From positions 30,070,001-30,134,000 of the forward strand of contig OZ024761.1 in the NCBI GenBank assembly GCA_964016885.1: a DNA stretch of 64,000 bases, read 5' to 3'. This document shows positions 58,031 through 64,000 of this stretch, piece after piece. Each line of letters opens with the position of its first letter. The first letter of the stretch is position 1. Both the position numbers and the translations under genes were made by a program. Under the pieces are notes generated by a model. The model was not told the origin of the DNA. It made no database searches and saw only the letters and a program-made list of their open reading frames with translations. The stretch comes from Eledone cirrhosa. Taxonomy: Eukaryota.

Positions 58031-58363
58031 GTAAGTGTCATGCCGGCACTGCATTATCAGTACAAGTAGATATGGAATACCCAGCCACTTACATTAAGTG
58101 TGCACGTGTCTACGGAATACCCAGCCACTTATAAAACACTTCAGTGATCAAACCGCTGTAACATTATTTTTATCGCTTAATCTGACATTTTACAGTTTTT
58201 CTCCCCGTAATTGATATTTCACAGTGTATAATTAATACAGAAGGCGTTTGACAAGGTAGAAATATAGATTTGTATGTTAGTCTTATATTTTCCCGTGTGC
58301 ATTTTTGGTGATATATATATATATATATACACACACACTCATATATATATATATGTATATATA

Positions 58364-58409
<46 letters not shown>

Positions 58410-58441
58410 AGATCAAAAGATGGTTAAAGGAGTTTCATGTA

Positions 58442-58505
58442 TTTTATTATGCGCATTTCAAAAACAAACATCATGCAATAATATTTGTGTTTTCATCAGA
58501 TAAAA
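58442..58505 (-). ncRNA. Minimal hammerhead, family B (left arm of 332-bp palindrome)
   Basis: Reverse complement of 58630-58693. Confidence 0.85.
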
Positions 58506-58629
58506 CAGGAGAACATGATATGAAGGCTAAAAAACACTTGTGGATAGTGCAGTTTTAAATCAACATATATGTTGATTTAAAACTGCACTATCCACAAGTG
58601 TTTTTTAGCCTTCATATCATGTTCTCCTG

Positions 58630-58693
58630 TTTTATCTGATGAAAACACAAATATTATTGCATGATGTTTGTTTTTGAAATGCGCATAATAAAA
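58630..58693 (+). ncRNA. Minimal hammerhead, family B (right arm of palindrome)
   Basis: ttttat CTGATGA aaacacaaatattattgcatgatgtttgttttt GAAA tgcgca TA ataaaa. Confidence 0.85.
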
Positions 58694-58821
58694 TACATGA
58701 AACTCCTTTAACCATCTTTTGATCTTATATTATGCATACTCCAGTCCCACAAACTGTAGAGTGCTTCTTATCCGATATCTGCATTGCTTTATTGTACTAC
58801 AATAAAACTCACCTCCTACAT

Positions 58822-58853
<32 letters not shown>

Positions 58854-58965
58854 CATATACATATATATACATTTATATATAGATGTGTGTGTATATATAT
58901 ATATATACTATATCATATACATACACATATATATATGTATATATGTATATATATATGTATATATG

Positions 58966-58996
<31 letters not shown>

Positions 58997-59067
58997 GTAT
59001 ATATATATGTATATATATATATGTATATATATATATGTATATATATATATGTATATATATATATATG

Positions 59068-59098
<31 letters not shown>

Positions 59099-59150
59099 GT
59101 GTGTATATATATATATGTGTGTATATATATATATACTATATCATATACAA

Positions 59151-59194
<44 letters not shown>

Positions 59195-59221
59195 TATATC
59201 ATATACATATATATATATACA

Positions 59222-59335
59222 CACTGGAAGAGGAAGACCGAAGTTAACATATGTTGATGCCCTAAGGACAGACATTGGTCTGTTGGAGACGCAGGACATG
59301 GCCGCACTAATGAGGGAGAGACCGCTGGACAGAAC
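59222..59335 (+). pseudogene. RTE-like LINE ORF C-terminal fragment
   Basis: [27 protein letters not shown] resembles the RGRP..T..D C-terminal motif of RTE elements. Confidence 0.55.
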
Positions 59336-59676
59336 TCGCCCATGGATCTCGGGAATTTTACCCGCCCTATATATATATATATATATATATATTTCGTTCT
59401 GAATTTGTTTAGCAAGTCACTGAAGAGGTCACAGAATGTGTGACGAAAGAACTTTGACAATATATGAACAATCATCTGGTTGTGGAACCAACCAACCAAC
59501 CGGAAATTTATAAATTCCTAAATTTATAAATTTAATTTATAATAAATTGAAGTGAAAGCAACTGGAGGGTGTGTTTCTTATTGGCAACATGACCCTCCCA
59601 AAGTATAACAATATATATATATATATATATATTAAAATACAAATATTAATAAAATAGATGTTCTTTTAACTCTTTA

Positions 59677-59715
<39 letters not shown>

Positions 59716-59744
59716 CCCTCCCTCTCTATATATAAATATATGTG

Positions 59745-59798
<54 letters not shown>

Positions 59799-59827
59799 CC
59801 CTCTCTCTCTATATATAAATATATGTG

Positions 59828-59887
<60 letters not shown>

Positions 59888-59977
59888 CAAATATTAATAA
59901 AATAGATGTTCTTTTAACTCTTTAATATATATATATATATATATATATAATATCCCTCTCTATATATAAGTATATGT

Positions 59978-60036
<59 letters not shown>

Positions 60037-60189
60037 CCCCCCTCTCTCTCTATGTCCGTATGTGTATGTGTTTATATGAATATTTAAAACTTTCTTATCT
60101 CTCGATCTCAATATTCGATTATGTGGCGAAAGCTGTTAATATTTTCTACTTTGGTTTAAGTTAACTTGGAAGTAATGTTGGAGCTACGC

Positions 60190-64000
<3,811 letters not shown>

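Overview
Eukaryotic, very AT- and microsatellite-rich DNA. The SINE repertoire and repeat content suggest an octopod cephalopod, but this is inference. Two host genes are supported: the 3' ten coding exons of a FET-family (cabeza/FUS/EWSR1/TAF15) RNA-binding protein gene (+, 2628-9598; Gly/RGG, RRM, RanBP2 zinc finger, PY-NLS) and an intronless SLC46/PCFT-like MFS transporter ORF (+, 48156-49637). Nearly all other ORFs in the track are microsatellite artefacts. The intergenic DNA holds a decayed Penelope-like element (RT + C-terminal GIY-YIG, inverted terminal copy), RTE- and Tx1-like LINE fragments, tRNA-derived SINEs and MITEs. The main discovery is a dense set of hammerhead-ribozyme (HHR)-bearing, non-coding, retrozyme-like elements sitting in (TA)n tracts: five families with a complete CUGANGA...GAAA...UH core, plus two to three remnant families. 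They include a 310-bp tandem array folded into a 494-bp-arm palindrome. In several unrelated families the fold-back inversion point lies at or beside ribozyme stem II. The repeat-poor FET introns around a frame-shifting 38-nt microexon (FUS exon 7-like) carry a duplicated stem-loop+GGU module and long-range pairings, suggesting an autoregulatory splicing switch. All structures were read by eye and none were computed.
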